Source of the DNA: the human T2T-CHM13v2.0 reference genome, Homo sapiens
Assembly: GCF_009914755.1 (NCBI RefSeq)
Contig: NC_060925.1
Reading direction: 5' to 3' (one strand)
Length of the DNA stretch: 64,000 nt
The notes below the pieces were generated by a model. It searched no databases and had not been told where the DNA came from. It saw nothing but the letters and a program-made list of their open reading frames with translations. Below, one piece after another: positions 51,323-62,879 of this stretch (position 1 is its first letter; each line of letters opens with the position of its first letter). A program made the position numbers and the translations under genes.

Positions 51323-53700
51323 GAATGCACACAACACAAGGAAGTTAATGGGAATTCTTCTGTCTAGCCTTACATGAAAAAACCCGTTTCCAACGAAGGC
51401 CTCTAAGTGGTCAAAATATCCACGTGCAGACTTTACAAACAGAGTGTTTCCAAACCGCTGAATGAAAAGAAAAGTTAAACTCTGAGAGTTGAACGCACAC
51501 ATCACGCAGCAGTTTCTGAGAATGATTCTGTCTAGTTTTTATACGAAGATATTTCCTTTTCTGCCTTTGGCCCCAAAGCCCTTGAAATCTCCACTTGCAA
51601 ATTCCACAAAAACAGTGTTTCAAATCTGCTCTCTCTAAATGAAAGTTCAACTCTGTCAGTTGAATACACACAACACAAGGAAGTTACTGAGAATTCTTCT
51701 GTCTAGCATAATATGAAGAAATCCCGTTTCCAACGAAGGCCTCAAAGGGGTCTGAATATCCACTTGCAGACTTCATAAACAGAGTGTTTACTAACTGCTC
51801 TATGAAAAGAAAGGTTAAACTCTGTGAGTTGAACACACACATCACAAAGGAGTTTCTGAGAATCATTCTGTCTAGTTTTTCTACGAAGATATTTCCTTTT
51901 CTACTATTGACCTGAAAGCGGCTGAAATCTCCACTTGCAAATTCCACAAAAAGAGTGTTTCAAGTCTGCTCTGTGTAAAGGATCGTTCAACTCTGTGAGT
52001 TGAATACACACAACACAAGGAAGTTACTGAGAATTCTTCTTTCTAGCAGAATAGGAAGAAATCCCGTTTCCAAGGAAGGCCTCAAAGAGGTCTGAATATC
52101 CACTTGCAGACTTTACAAACAGAGTGTTTCCTAACTGCTCTATGAAAAGAAAAGTTAAACTCTGTGAGTTGAACGCACACATCACAAAGGAGTTTCTGAG
52201 AATCGTTCTGTCTATTTTCTATAGGAAGATATTTCCTATTCTACCAATGACCTCAAAGCGGCTGAAATCTCCACTTGCAAATTCCACAAAAAGAATGTTT
52301 CAAGTCTGCTCTGTGTAAAGGATCGTTCAACTCTGTGAGTTGAATACACACAACACAAGGAAGTTACTGAGAATTATTCTGTCTAGCATAATATGAAGAA
52401 ATCCCGTTTCCAACGAAGGCCTCAAAGAGGTCTGAATATCCACTTGCAGACTTTACAAACAGAGTGTTTCCTAACTGCTCTATGAAAAGAAAAGTTAAAC
52501 TCTGTGAGTTGAACGCACACATCACAAAGGAGTTTATGAGAATCATTCTGTCTAGTCTTTATACGAAGATATTTCCTTTTCTACCATTGACCTCAAAGCG
52601 GCTGAAATCTCCACTTGCAAATTCCACAAAAAGAGTGTTTCAAGTCTGCTCTGTGTAAAGGATCGTTCAACTCTGTGAGTAGAATACACACAACACAAGG
52701 AAGTTACTGAGAATTCTTCTGTCTAGCAGAATATGAAGAAATCCCGTTTCCAACGAAAGCCTCAAGGAGGTCTGAATATCCACTTGCAGACTTTAAAACA
52801 GAGTGTTTCCTAACTGCTCTATGAACAGAAAGGTTAAACTCTGTGAGTTGAACGCACACATCACAAAGGAGTTTCTGAGAATCATTCTGTCTAGTCTTTA
52901 TACGAAGATATTTACTTTTCTACCATTGACTTCAAAGCGGCTGAAATCTCCACTTGCAAATTCCACAAAAAGAGTGTTTCAAGTCTGCTCTGTGTAAAGG
53001 ATCATTCAACTCTGTGAGTTGAATAAACACAACACAAGGAAGTTACTGAGAATTATTCTGTCTAGCATAATATGAAGAAATCCCGTTTCCAACGAAGGCC
53101 TCAAAGAGGTCTGAATATCCACTTGCAGACTTTACAAACAGAGTGTTTCCTAACTGCTCTATGAGAAGAAAAGTTAAACTCTGTGAGTTGAACGCACACA
53201 TCACAAAAGATTTTCTGAGAATCATTCTGTCTAGTCTTTATATGAAGATAGTTTCCTTTTCTACCATTGACCTCAAAGCGGCTGAAATCTCCACTTGCAA
53301 ATTCCGCAAAAAGAGTGTTTCAAGTCTGCTCTGTGTAAAGGATCGTTCAACTCTGTGAGTTGAATACACACAACACAAGGAAGTTACTGAGAATTCTTCT
53401 GTCTAGCAGAAGATGAAGAAATCCCGTTTCCAACGAAGGCCACAAGATGTCAGAATATCCACTTGCAGACTTTACAAACAGAGTGTTTCCTAACTGCTCT
53501 ATGAACAGAAAGGTTAAACTCTGTGAGTTGAACGAACACATCACAACGCAGTTTGTGGGAATGATTCTGTCTAGTTTTGAAACGAAGATATTTCCTTTTC
53601 TGCCGTTGACCTTAAAGCGCTTGAAATCTACACTTGCAAATTGCACAAATAGAGTGTTTCAAATCTGCTCTGTCTAAGGGAACGTTCAACTCTGTGAGTT
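51323..53700 (-). repeat. HOR unit U23, 14-mer A B C D E G H
   Basis: U9-type markers. Confidence 0.9.
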
Positions 53701-56080
53701 GAATGCACACAACACAAGGAAGTTACTGGGAATTCTTCTGTCTAGCCTTACATGAAAAAAACCCGTTTCCAACGAAGGCCTCTAAGTGGTCAAAATATCC
53801 ACGTGCAGACTTTACAAACAGAGTGTTTCCAAACCGCTGAATGAAAAGAAAAGTTAAACTCTGAGAGTTGAACGCACACATCACGCAGCAGTTTCTGAGA
53901 ATGATTCTGTCTAGTTTTTATACGAAGATATTTCCTTTTCTGCCTTTGGCCCCAAAGCGCTTGAAATCTCCACTTGCAAATTCCACAAAAACAGTGTTTC
54001 AAATCTGCTCTCTCTAAATGAAAGTTCAACTCTGTCAGTTGAATACACACAACACAAGGAAGTTACTGAGAATTCTTCTGTCTAGCATAATATGAAGAAA
54101 TCCCGTTTCCAACGAAGGCCTCAAAGGGGTCTGAATATCCACTTGCAGACTTTATAAACAGAGTGTTTACTAACTGCTCTATGAAAAGAAAGGTTAAACT
54201 CTGTGAGTTGAACACACACATCACAAAGGAGTTTCTGAGAATCATTCTGTCTAGTTTTTCTACGAAGATATTTCCTTTTCTACTATTGACCTGAAAGCGG
54301 CTGAAATCTCCAATTGCAAATTCCACAAAAACAGTGTTTCAAGTCTGCTCTGTGTAAAGGATCGTTCAACTCTGTGAGTTGAATACACACAACACAAGGA
54401 AGTTACTGAGAATTCTTCTGTCTAGCAGAATAGGAAGAAATCCCGTTTCCAACGAAGGCCTCAAAGAGGTCTGAATATCCACTTGCAGACTTTACAAACA
54501 GAGTGTTTCCTAACTGCTCTATGAAAAGAAAAGTTAAACTCTGTGAGTTGAACGCACACATCACAAAGGAGTTTCTGAGAATCGTTCTGTCTAGTTTCTA
54601 TAGGAAGATATTTCCTATTCTACCATTGACCTCAAAGCGGCTGAAATCTCCACTTGCAAATTCCACAAAAAGAATGTTTCAAGTCTGCTCTGTGTAAAGG
54701 ATCGTTCAACTCTGTGAGTTGAATACACACAACACAAGGAAGTTACTGAGAATTATTCTGTCTAGCATAATATGAAGAAATCCCGTTTCCAGCGAAGGCC
54801 TCAAAGAGGTCTGAATATCCACTTGCAGACTTTAGAAACAGAGTGTTTCCTAACTGCTCTATGAAAAGAAAAGTTAAACTCTGTGAGTTGAACGCACACA
54901 TCACAAAGGAGTTTATGAGAATCATTCTGTCTAGTCTTTATACGAAGATATTTCCTTTTCTACCATTGACCTCAAAGCGGCTGAAATCTCCACTTTCAAA
55001 TTCCACAAAAAGAGTGTTTCAAGTCTGCTCTGTGTAAAGGATCGTTCAACTCTGTGAGTAGAATACACACAACACAAGGAAGTTACTGAGAATTCTTCTG
55101 TCTAGCAGAATATGAAGAAATCCCGTTTCCAACGAAGGCCTCAAGGAGGTCTGAATATCCACTTGCAGACTTTACAAACAGAGTGTTTCCTAACTGCTCT
55201 ATGAAAAGAAAGGTTAAACTCTGTGAGTTGAACGCACACATCACAAAGGAGTTTATGAGAATCATTCTGTCTAGTTTCTATAAGAAGATATTTCCTATTC
55301 TACCATTGACCTCAAAGCGGCTGAAATCTCCACTTGCAAATTCCACAAAAAGAGTGTTTCAAGCCTGCTCTCTGTAAAGGATCCTTCAACTCTGTGAGTT
55401 GAATACACACAACACAAGGAAGTTACTGAGAATTATTCTGTCTAGCATAATATGAAGAAATCCCGTTTCCAACGAAGGCCTCAAAGAGGTCTGAATATCC
55501 ACTTGCACACTTTACAAACAGAGTGTTTCCTAACTGCTCTATGAGAAGAAAAGTTAAACTCTGTGAGTTGAACGCACACATCACAAAAGATTTTCTGAGA
55601 ATCATTCTGTCTAGTCTTTATATGAAGATAGTTTCCTTTTCTACCATTGACCTCAAAGCGGCTGAAATCTCCACTTGCAAATTCCACAAAAAGAGTGTTT
55701 CAAGTCTGCTCTGTGTAAAGGATCGTTCAACTCTGTGAGTTGAATACACACAACACAAGGAAGTTACTGAGAATTCTTCTGTCTAGCAGAATATGAAGAA
55801 ATCCCGTTTCCAACGAAGGCCACAAGATGTCAGAATATCCACTTGCAGACTTTACAAACAGAGTGTTTCCTAACTGCTCTATGAACAGAAAGGTTAAACT
55901 CTGTGAGTTGAACGAACACATCACAACGCAGTTTGTGGGAATGATTCTGTCTAGTTTTGAAACGAAGATATTTCCTTTTCTGCCGTTGACCTTAAAGCGC
56001 TTGAAATCTACACTTGCAAATTGCACAAATAGAGTGTTTCAAATCTGCTCTGTCTAAGGGAACGTTCAACTCTGTGAGTT
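53701..56080 (-). repeat. HOR unit U24, 14-mer A B C D F G H
   Basis: U10-type markers. Confidence 0.9.
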
Positions 56081-58800
56081 GAATGCACACAACACAAGGA
56101 AGTTACTGGGAATTCTTCTGTCTAGCCTTACATGAAAAAAACCCGTTTCCAACGAAGGCCTCTAAGTGGTCAAAATATCCACGTGCAGACTTTACAAACA
56201 GAGTGTTTCCAAACCGCTGAATGAAAAGAAAAGTTAAGCTCTGAGAGTTGAACGCACACATCACGCAGCAGTTTCTGAGAATGATTCTGTCTAGTTTTTA
56301 TACGAAGATATTTCCTTTTCTGCCTTTGGCCCCAAAGCGCTTGAAATCTCCACTTGCAAATTCCACAAAAACAGTGTTTCAAATCTGCTCTCTCTAAATG
56401 AAAGTTCAACTCTGTCAGTTGAATACACACAACACAAGGAAGTTACTGAGAATTCTTCTGTCTAGCATAATATGAAGAAATCCCGTTTCCAACGAAGGCC
56501 TCAAAGGGGTCTGAATATCCACTTGCAGACTTTATAAACAGAGTGTTTACTAACTGCTCTATGAAAAGAAAGGTTAAACTCTGTGAGTTGAACACACACA
56601 TCACAAAGGAGTTTCTGAGAATCATTCTGTCTAGTTTTTCTACGAAGATATTTCCTTTTCTACTATTGACCTGAAAGCGGCTGAAATCTCCACTTGCAAA
56701 TTCCACAAAAACAGTGTTTCAAGTCTGCTCTGTGTAAAGGATCGTTCAACTCTGTGAGTTGAATACACACAACACAAGGAAGTTACTGAGAATTCTTCTG
56801 TCTAGCAGAATAGGAAGAAATCCCGTTTCCAACGAAGGCCTCAAAGAGGTCTGAATATCCACTTGCAGACTTTACAAACAGAGTGTTTCCTAACTGCTCT
56901 ATGAAAAGAAAAGTTAAACTCTGTGAGTTGAACGCACACATCACAAAGGAGTTTCTGAGAATCGTTCTGTCTAGTTTCTATAGGAAGATATTTCCTATTC
57001 TACCATTGACCTCAAAGCGGCTGAAATCTCCACTTGCAAATTCCACAAAAAGAATGTTTCAAGTCTGCTCTGTGTAAAGGATCGTTCAACTCTGTGAGTT
57101 GAATACACACAACACAAGGAAGTTACTGAGAATTATTCTGTCTAGCATAATATGAAGAAATCTCGTTTCCAACGAAGGCCTCAAAGAGGTCTGAATATCC
57201 ACTTGCACACTTTACAAACAGAGTGTTTCCTAACTGCTCTATGAAAAGAAAAGTTAAACTCTGTGAGTTGAACGCACACATCACAAAGGAGTTTATGAGA
57301 ATCATTCTGTCTAGTCTTTATACGAAGATATTTCCTTTTCTACCATTGACCTCAAAGCGGCTGAAATCTCCACTTGCAAATTCCACAAAAAGAGTGTTTC
57401 AAGTCTGCTCTGTGTAAAGGATCGTTCAACTCTGTGAGTAGAATACACACAACACAAGGAAGTTACTGAGAATTCTTCTGTCTAGCAGAATATGAAGAAA
57501 TCCCGTTTCCAACGAAGGCCTCAAGGAGGTCTGAATATCCACTTGCAGAATTTACAAACAGAGTGTTTCCTAACTGCTCTATGAACAGAAAGGTTAAACT
57601 CTGTGAGTTGAACGCACACATCACAAAGGAGTTTCTGAGAATCATTCTGTCTAGTCTTTATACGAAGATATTTACTTTTCTACCATTGACGTCAAAGCGG
57701 CTGAAATCTCCACTTGCAAATTCCACAAAAAGAGTGTTTCAAGTCTGCTCTGTGTAAAGGATCATTCAACTCTGTGAGTTGAATAAACACAACACAAGGA
57801 AGTTACTGAGAATTATTCTGTCTAGCAGAATATGAAGAAATCCCGTTTCCAACGAAGGCCTCAAGGAGGTCTGAATATCCACTTGCAGACTTTACAAACA
57901 GAGTGTTTCCTAACTGCTCTATGAAAAGAAAGGTTAAACTCTGTGAGTTGAACGCACACATCACAAAGGAGTTTATGAGAATCATTCTGTCTAGTTTCTA
58001 TAAGAAGATATTTCCTATTCTACCATTGACCTCAAAGCGGCTGAAATCTCCACTTGCAAATTCGACAAAAAGAGTGTTTCAAGCCTGCTCTCTGTAAAGG
58101 ATCCTTCAACTCTGTGAGTTGAATACACACAACACAAGGAAGTTACTGAGAATTATTCTGTCTAGCATAATATGAAGAAATCCCGTTTCCAACGAAGGCC
58201 TCAAAGAGGTCTGAATATCCACTTGCAGACTTTACAAACAGAGTGTTTCCTAACTGCTCTATGAGAAGAAAAGTTAAACTCTGTGAGTTGAACGCACACA
58301 TCACAAAAGATTTTCTGAGAATCATTCTGTCTAGTCTTTATATGAAGATAGTTTCCTTTTCTACCATTGACCTCAAAGCGGCTGAAATCTCCACTTGCAA
58401 ATTCCACAAAAAGAGTGTTTCAAGTCTGCTCTGTGTAAAGGATCGTTCAACTCTGTGAGTTGAATACACACAACACAAGGAAGTTACTGAGAATTCTTCT
58501 GTCTAGCAGAATATGAAGAAATCCCGTTTCCAACGAAGGCCACAAGATGTCAGAATATCCACTTGCAGACTTTACAAACAGAGTGTTTCCTAACTGCTCT
58601 ATGAACAGAAAGGTTAAACTCTGTGAGTTGAACGAACACATCACAACGCAGTTTGTGGGAATGATTCTGTCTAGTTTTGAAACGAAGATATTTCCTTTTC
58701 TGCCGTTGACCTTAAAGCGCTTGAAATCTACACTTGCAAATTGCACAAATAGAGTGTTTCAAATCTGCTCTGTCTAAGGGAACGTTCAACTCTGTGAGTT
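56081..58800 (-). repeat. HOR unit U25, full 16-mer
   Basis: 2720 bp; all of A-H present; shares aagttaagct (A) and acagtgtttcaagt (B) with U11. Confidence 0.9.
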
Positions 58801-60499
58801 GAATGCACACAACACAAGGAAGTTACTGGGAATTCTTCTGTCTAGCCTTACATGAAAAAACCCGTTTCCAACGAAGGCCTCTAAGTGGTCAAAATATCCA
58901 CGTGCAGACTTTACAAACAGAGTGTTTCCAAACCGCTGAATGAAAAGAAAAGTTAAACTCTGAGAGTTGACCGCACACATCACGCAGCAGTTTCTGAGAA
59001 TGATTCTGTCTAGTTTTTATACGAAGATATTTCCTTTTCTGCCTTTGGCCCCAAAGCGCTTGAAATCTCCACTTGAAATTTCCACAAAAACAGTGTTTCA
59101 AATCTGCTCTCTCTAAATGAAAGTTCAACTCTGTCAGTTGAATACACACAACACAAGGAAGTTACTGAGAATTCTTCTGTCTAGCATAATATGAAGAAAT
59201 CCCGTTTCCAACGAAGGCCTCAAAGGGGTCTGAATATCCACTTGCAGACTTCATAAACAGAGTGTTTACTAACTGCTCTATGAAAAGAAAGGTTAAACTC
59301 TGTGAGTTGAACACACACATCACAAAGGAGTTTCTGAGAATCATTCTGTCTAGTTTTTCTACGAAGATATTTCCTTTTCTACTATTGACCTGAAAGCGGC
59401 TGAAATCTCCACTTGCAAATTCCACAAAAAGAGTGTTTCAAGTCTGCTCTGTGTAAAGGATCGTTCAACTCTGTGAGTTGAATACACACAACACAAGGAA
59501 GTTACTGAGAATTCTTCTGTCTAGCAGAATAGGAAGAAATCCCGTTTCCAACGAAGGCCTCAAAGAGGTCTGAATATCCACTTGCAGACTTTACAAACAG
59601 AGTGTTTCCTAACTGCTCTATGAAAAGAAAAGTTAAACTCTGTGAGTTGAACGCACACATCACAAAGGAGTTTCTGAGAATCATTCTGTCTAGTCTTTAT
59701 ACGAAGATATTTACTTTTCTACCATTGACTTCAAAGCGGCTGAAATCTCCACTTGCAAATTCCACAAAAAGAGTGTTTCAAGTCTGCTCTGTGTAAAGGA
59801 TCATTCAACTCTGTGAGTTGAATAAACACAACACAAGGAAGTTACTGAGAATTATTCTGTCTAGCATAATATGAAGAAATCCCGTTTCCAACGAAGGCCT
59901 CAAAGAGGTCTGAATATCCACATGCAGACTTTACAAACAGAGTGTTTCCTAACTGCTCTATGAGAAGAAAAGTTAAACTCTGTGAGTTGAACGCACACAT
60001 CACAAAAGATTTTCTGAGAATCATTCTGTCTAGTCTTTATATGAAGATAGTTTCCTTTTCTACCATTGACCTCAAAGCGGCTGAAATCTCCACTTGCAAA
60101 TTCCACAAAAAGAGTGTTTCAAGTCTGCTCTGTGTAAAGGATCGTTCAACTCTGTGAGTTGAATACACACAACACAAGGAAGTTACTGAGAATTCTTCTC
60201 TCTAGCAGAAGATGAAGAAATCCCGTTTCCAACGAAGGCCACAAGATGTCAGAATATCCACTTGCAGACTTTACAAACAGAGTGTTTCCTAACTGCTCTA
60301 TGAACAGAAAGGTTAAACTCTGTGAGTTGAACGAACACATCACAACGCAGTTTGTGGGAATGATTCTGTCTAGTTTTGAAACGAAGATATTTCCTTTTCT
60401 GCCGTTGACCTTAAAGCGCTTGAAATCTACACTTGCAAATTGCACAAATAGAGTGTTTCAAATCTGCTCTGTCTAAGGGAACGTTCAACTCTGTGAGTT
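58801..60499 (-). repeat. HOR unit U26, 10-mer A B C/E G H (paralog of U12)
   Basis: Same hybrid dimer and the same gaccgcac, acttgaaa and ccacatgcag variants as U12. Confidence 0.9.
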
Positions 60500-62879
60500 G
60501 AATGCACACAACACAAGGAAGTTACTGGGAATTCTTCTGTCTAGCCTTACATGAAAAAAACCCGTTTCCAACGAAGGCCTCTAAGTGGTCAAAATATCCA
60601 CGTGCAGACTTTACAAACAGAGTGTTTCCAAACCGCTGAATGAAAAGAAAAGTTAAACTCTGAGAGTTGAACGCACACATCACGCAGCAGTTTCTGAGAA
60701 TGATTCTGTCTAGTTTTTATACGAAGATATTTCCTTTTCTGCCTTTGGCCCCAAAGCGCTTGAAATCTCCACTTGCAAATTCCACAAAAACAGTGTTTCA
60801 AATCTGCTCTCTCTAAATGAAAGTTCAACTCTGTCAGTTGAATACACACAACACAAGGAAGTTACTGAGAATTCTTCTGTCTAGCATAATATGAAGAAAT
60901 CCCGTTTCCAACGAAGGCCTCAAAGGGGTCTGAATATCCACTTGCAGACTTTATAAACAGAGTGTTTACCAACTGCTCTATGAAAAGAAAGGATAAACTC
61001 TGTGAGTTGAACACACACATCACAAAGGAGTTTCTGAGAATCATTCTGTCTAGTTTTTCTACGAAGATATTTCCTTTTCTACTATTGACCTGAAAGCGGC
61101 TGAAATCTCCACTTGCAAATTCCACAAAAAGAGTGTTTCAAGTCTGCTCTGTGTAAAGGATCGTTCAACTCTGTGAGTTGAATACACACAACACAAGGAA
61201 GTTACTGAGAATTCTTCTGTCTAGCAGAATAGGAAGAAATCCCGTTTCCAACGAAGGCCTCAAAGAGGTCTGAATATCCACTTGCAGACTTTACAAACAG
61301 AGTGTTTCCTAACTGCTCTATGAAAAGAAAAGTTAAACTCTGTGAGTTGAACGCACACATCACAAAGGAGTTTCTGAGAATCGTTCTGTCTAGTTTCTAT
61401 AGGAAGATATTTCCTATTCTACCATTGACCTCAAAGCGGCTGAAATCTCCACTTGCAAATTCCACAAAAAGAATGTTTCAAGTCTGCTCTGTGTAAAGGA
61501 TCGTTCAACTCTGTGAGTTGAATACACACAACACAAGGAAGTTACTGAGAATTATTCTGTCTAGCATAATATGAAGAAATCCCGTTTCCAGCGAAGGCCT
61601 CAAAGAGGTCTGAATATCCACTTGCAGACTTTACAAACAGAGTGTTTCCTAACTGCTCTATGAAAAGAAAAGTTAAACTCTGTGAGTTGAACGCACACAT
61701 CACAAAGGAGTTTATGAGAATCATTCTGTCTAGTCTTTATACGAAGATATTTCCTTTTCTACCATTGACCTCAAAGCGGCTGAAATCTCCACTTGCAAAT
61801 TCCACAAAAAGAGTGTTTCAAGTCTGCTCTGTGTAAAGGATCGTTCAACTCTGTGAGTAGAATACACACAACACAAGGAAGTTACTGAGAATTCTTCTGT
61901 CTAGCAGAATATGAAGAAATCCCGTTTCCAACGAAGGCCTCAAGGAGGTCTGAATATCCACTTGCAGACTTTACAAACAGAGTGTTTCCTAACTGCTCTA
62001 TGAAAAGAAAGGTTAAACTCTGTGAGTTGAACGCACACATCACAAAGGAGTTTATGAGAATCATTCTGTCTAGTTTCTATAAGAAGATATTTCCTATTCT
62101 ACCATTGACCTCAAAGCGGCTGAAATCTCCACTTGCAAATTCGACAAAAAGAGTGTTTCAAGCCTGCTCTCTGTAAAGGATCCTTCAACTCTGTGAGTTG
62201 AATACACACAACACAAGGAAGTTACTGAGAATTATTCTGTCTAGCATAATATGAAGAAATCCCGTTTCCAACGAAGGCCTCAAAGAGGTCTGAATATCCA
62301 CTTGCAGACTTTACAAACAGAGTGTTTCCTAACTGCTCTATGAGAAGAAAAGTTAAACTCTGTGAGTTGAACGCACACATCACAAAAGATTTTCTGAGAA
62401 TCATTCTGTCTAGTCTTTATATGAAGATAGTTTCCTTTTCTACCATTGACCTGAAAGCAGCTGAAATCTCCACTTGCAAATTCCACAAAAAGAGTGTTTC
62501 AAGTCTGCTCTGTGTAAAGGATCGTTCAACTCTGTGAGTTGAATACACACAACACAAGGAAGTTACTGAGAATTCTTCTGTCTAGCAGAATATGAAGAAA
62601 TCCCGTTTCCAACGAAGGCCACAAGATGTCAGAATATCCACTTGCAGACTTTACAAACAGAGTGTTTCCTAACTGCTCTATGAACAGAAAGGTTAAACTC
62701 TGTGAGTTGAACGAACACATCACAACGCAGTTTGTGGGAATGATTCTGTCTAGTTTTGAAACGAAGATATTTCCTTTTCTGCCGTTGACCTTAAAGCGCT
62801 TGAAATCTACACTTGCAAATTGCACAAATAGAGTGTTTCAAATCTGCTCTGTCTAAGGGAACGTTCAACTCTGTGAGTT
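60500..62879 (-). repeat. HOR unit U27, 14-mer A B C D F G H (paralog of U13)
   Basis: 2380 bp; ccagcgaag box variant at 61591, as at 27261. Confidence 0.9.

Noticed and set aside
52742-52758. Box variant tcccgtttccaacgaaa as an inactivated CENP-B box
   Set aside because: The change is at the degenerate terminal Y position and the nine essential bases are intact. The same applies to the gttttcaacg and ccagcgaag variants.
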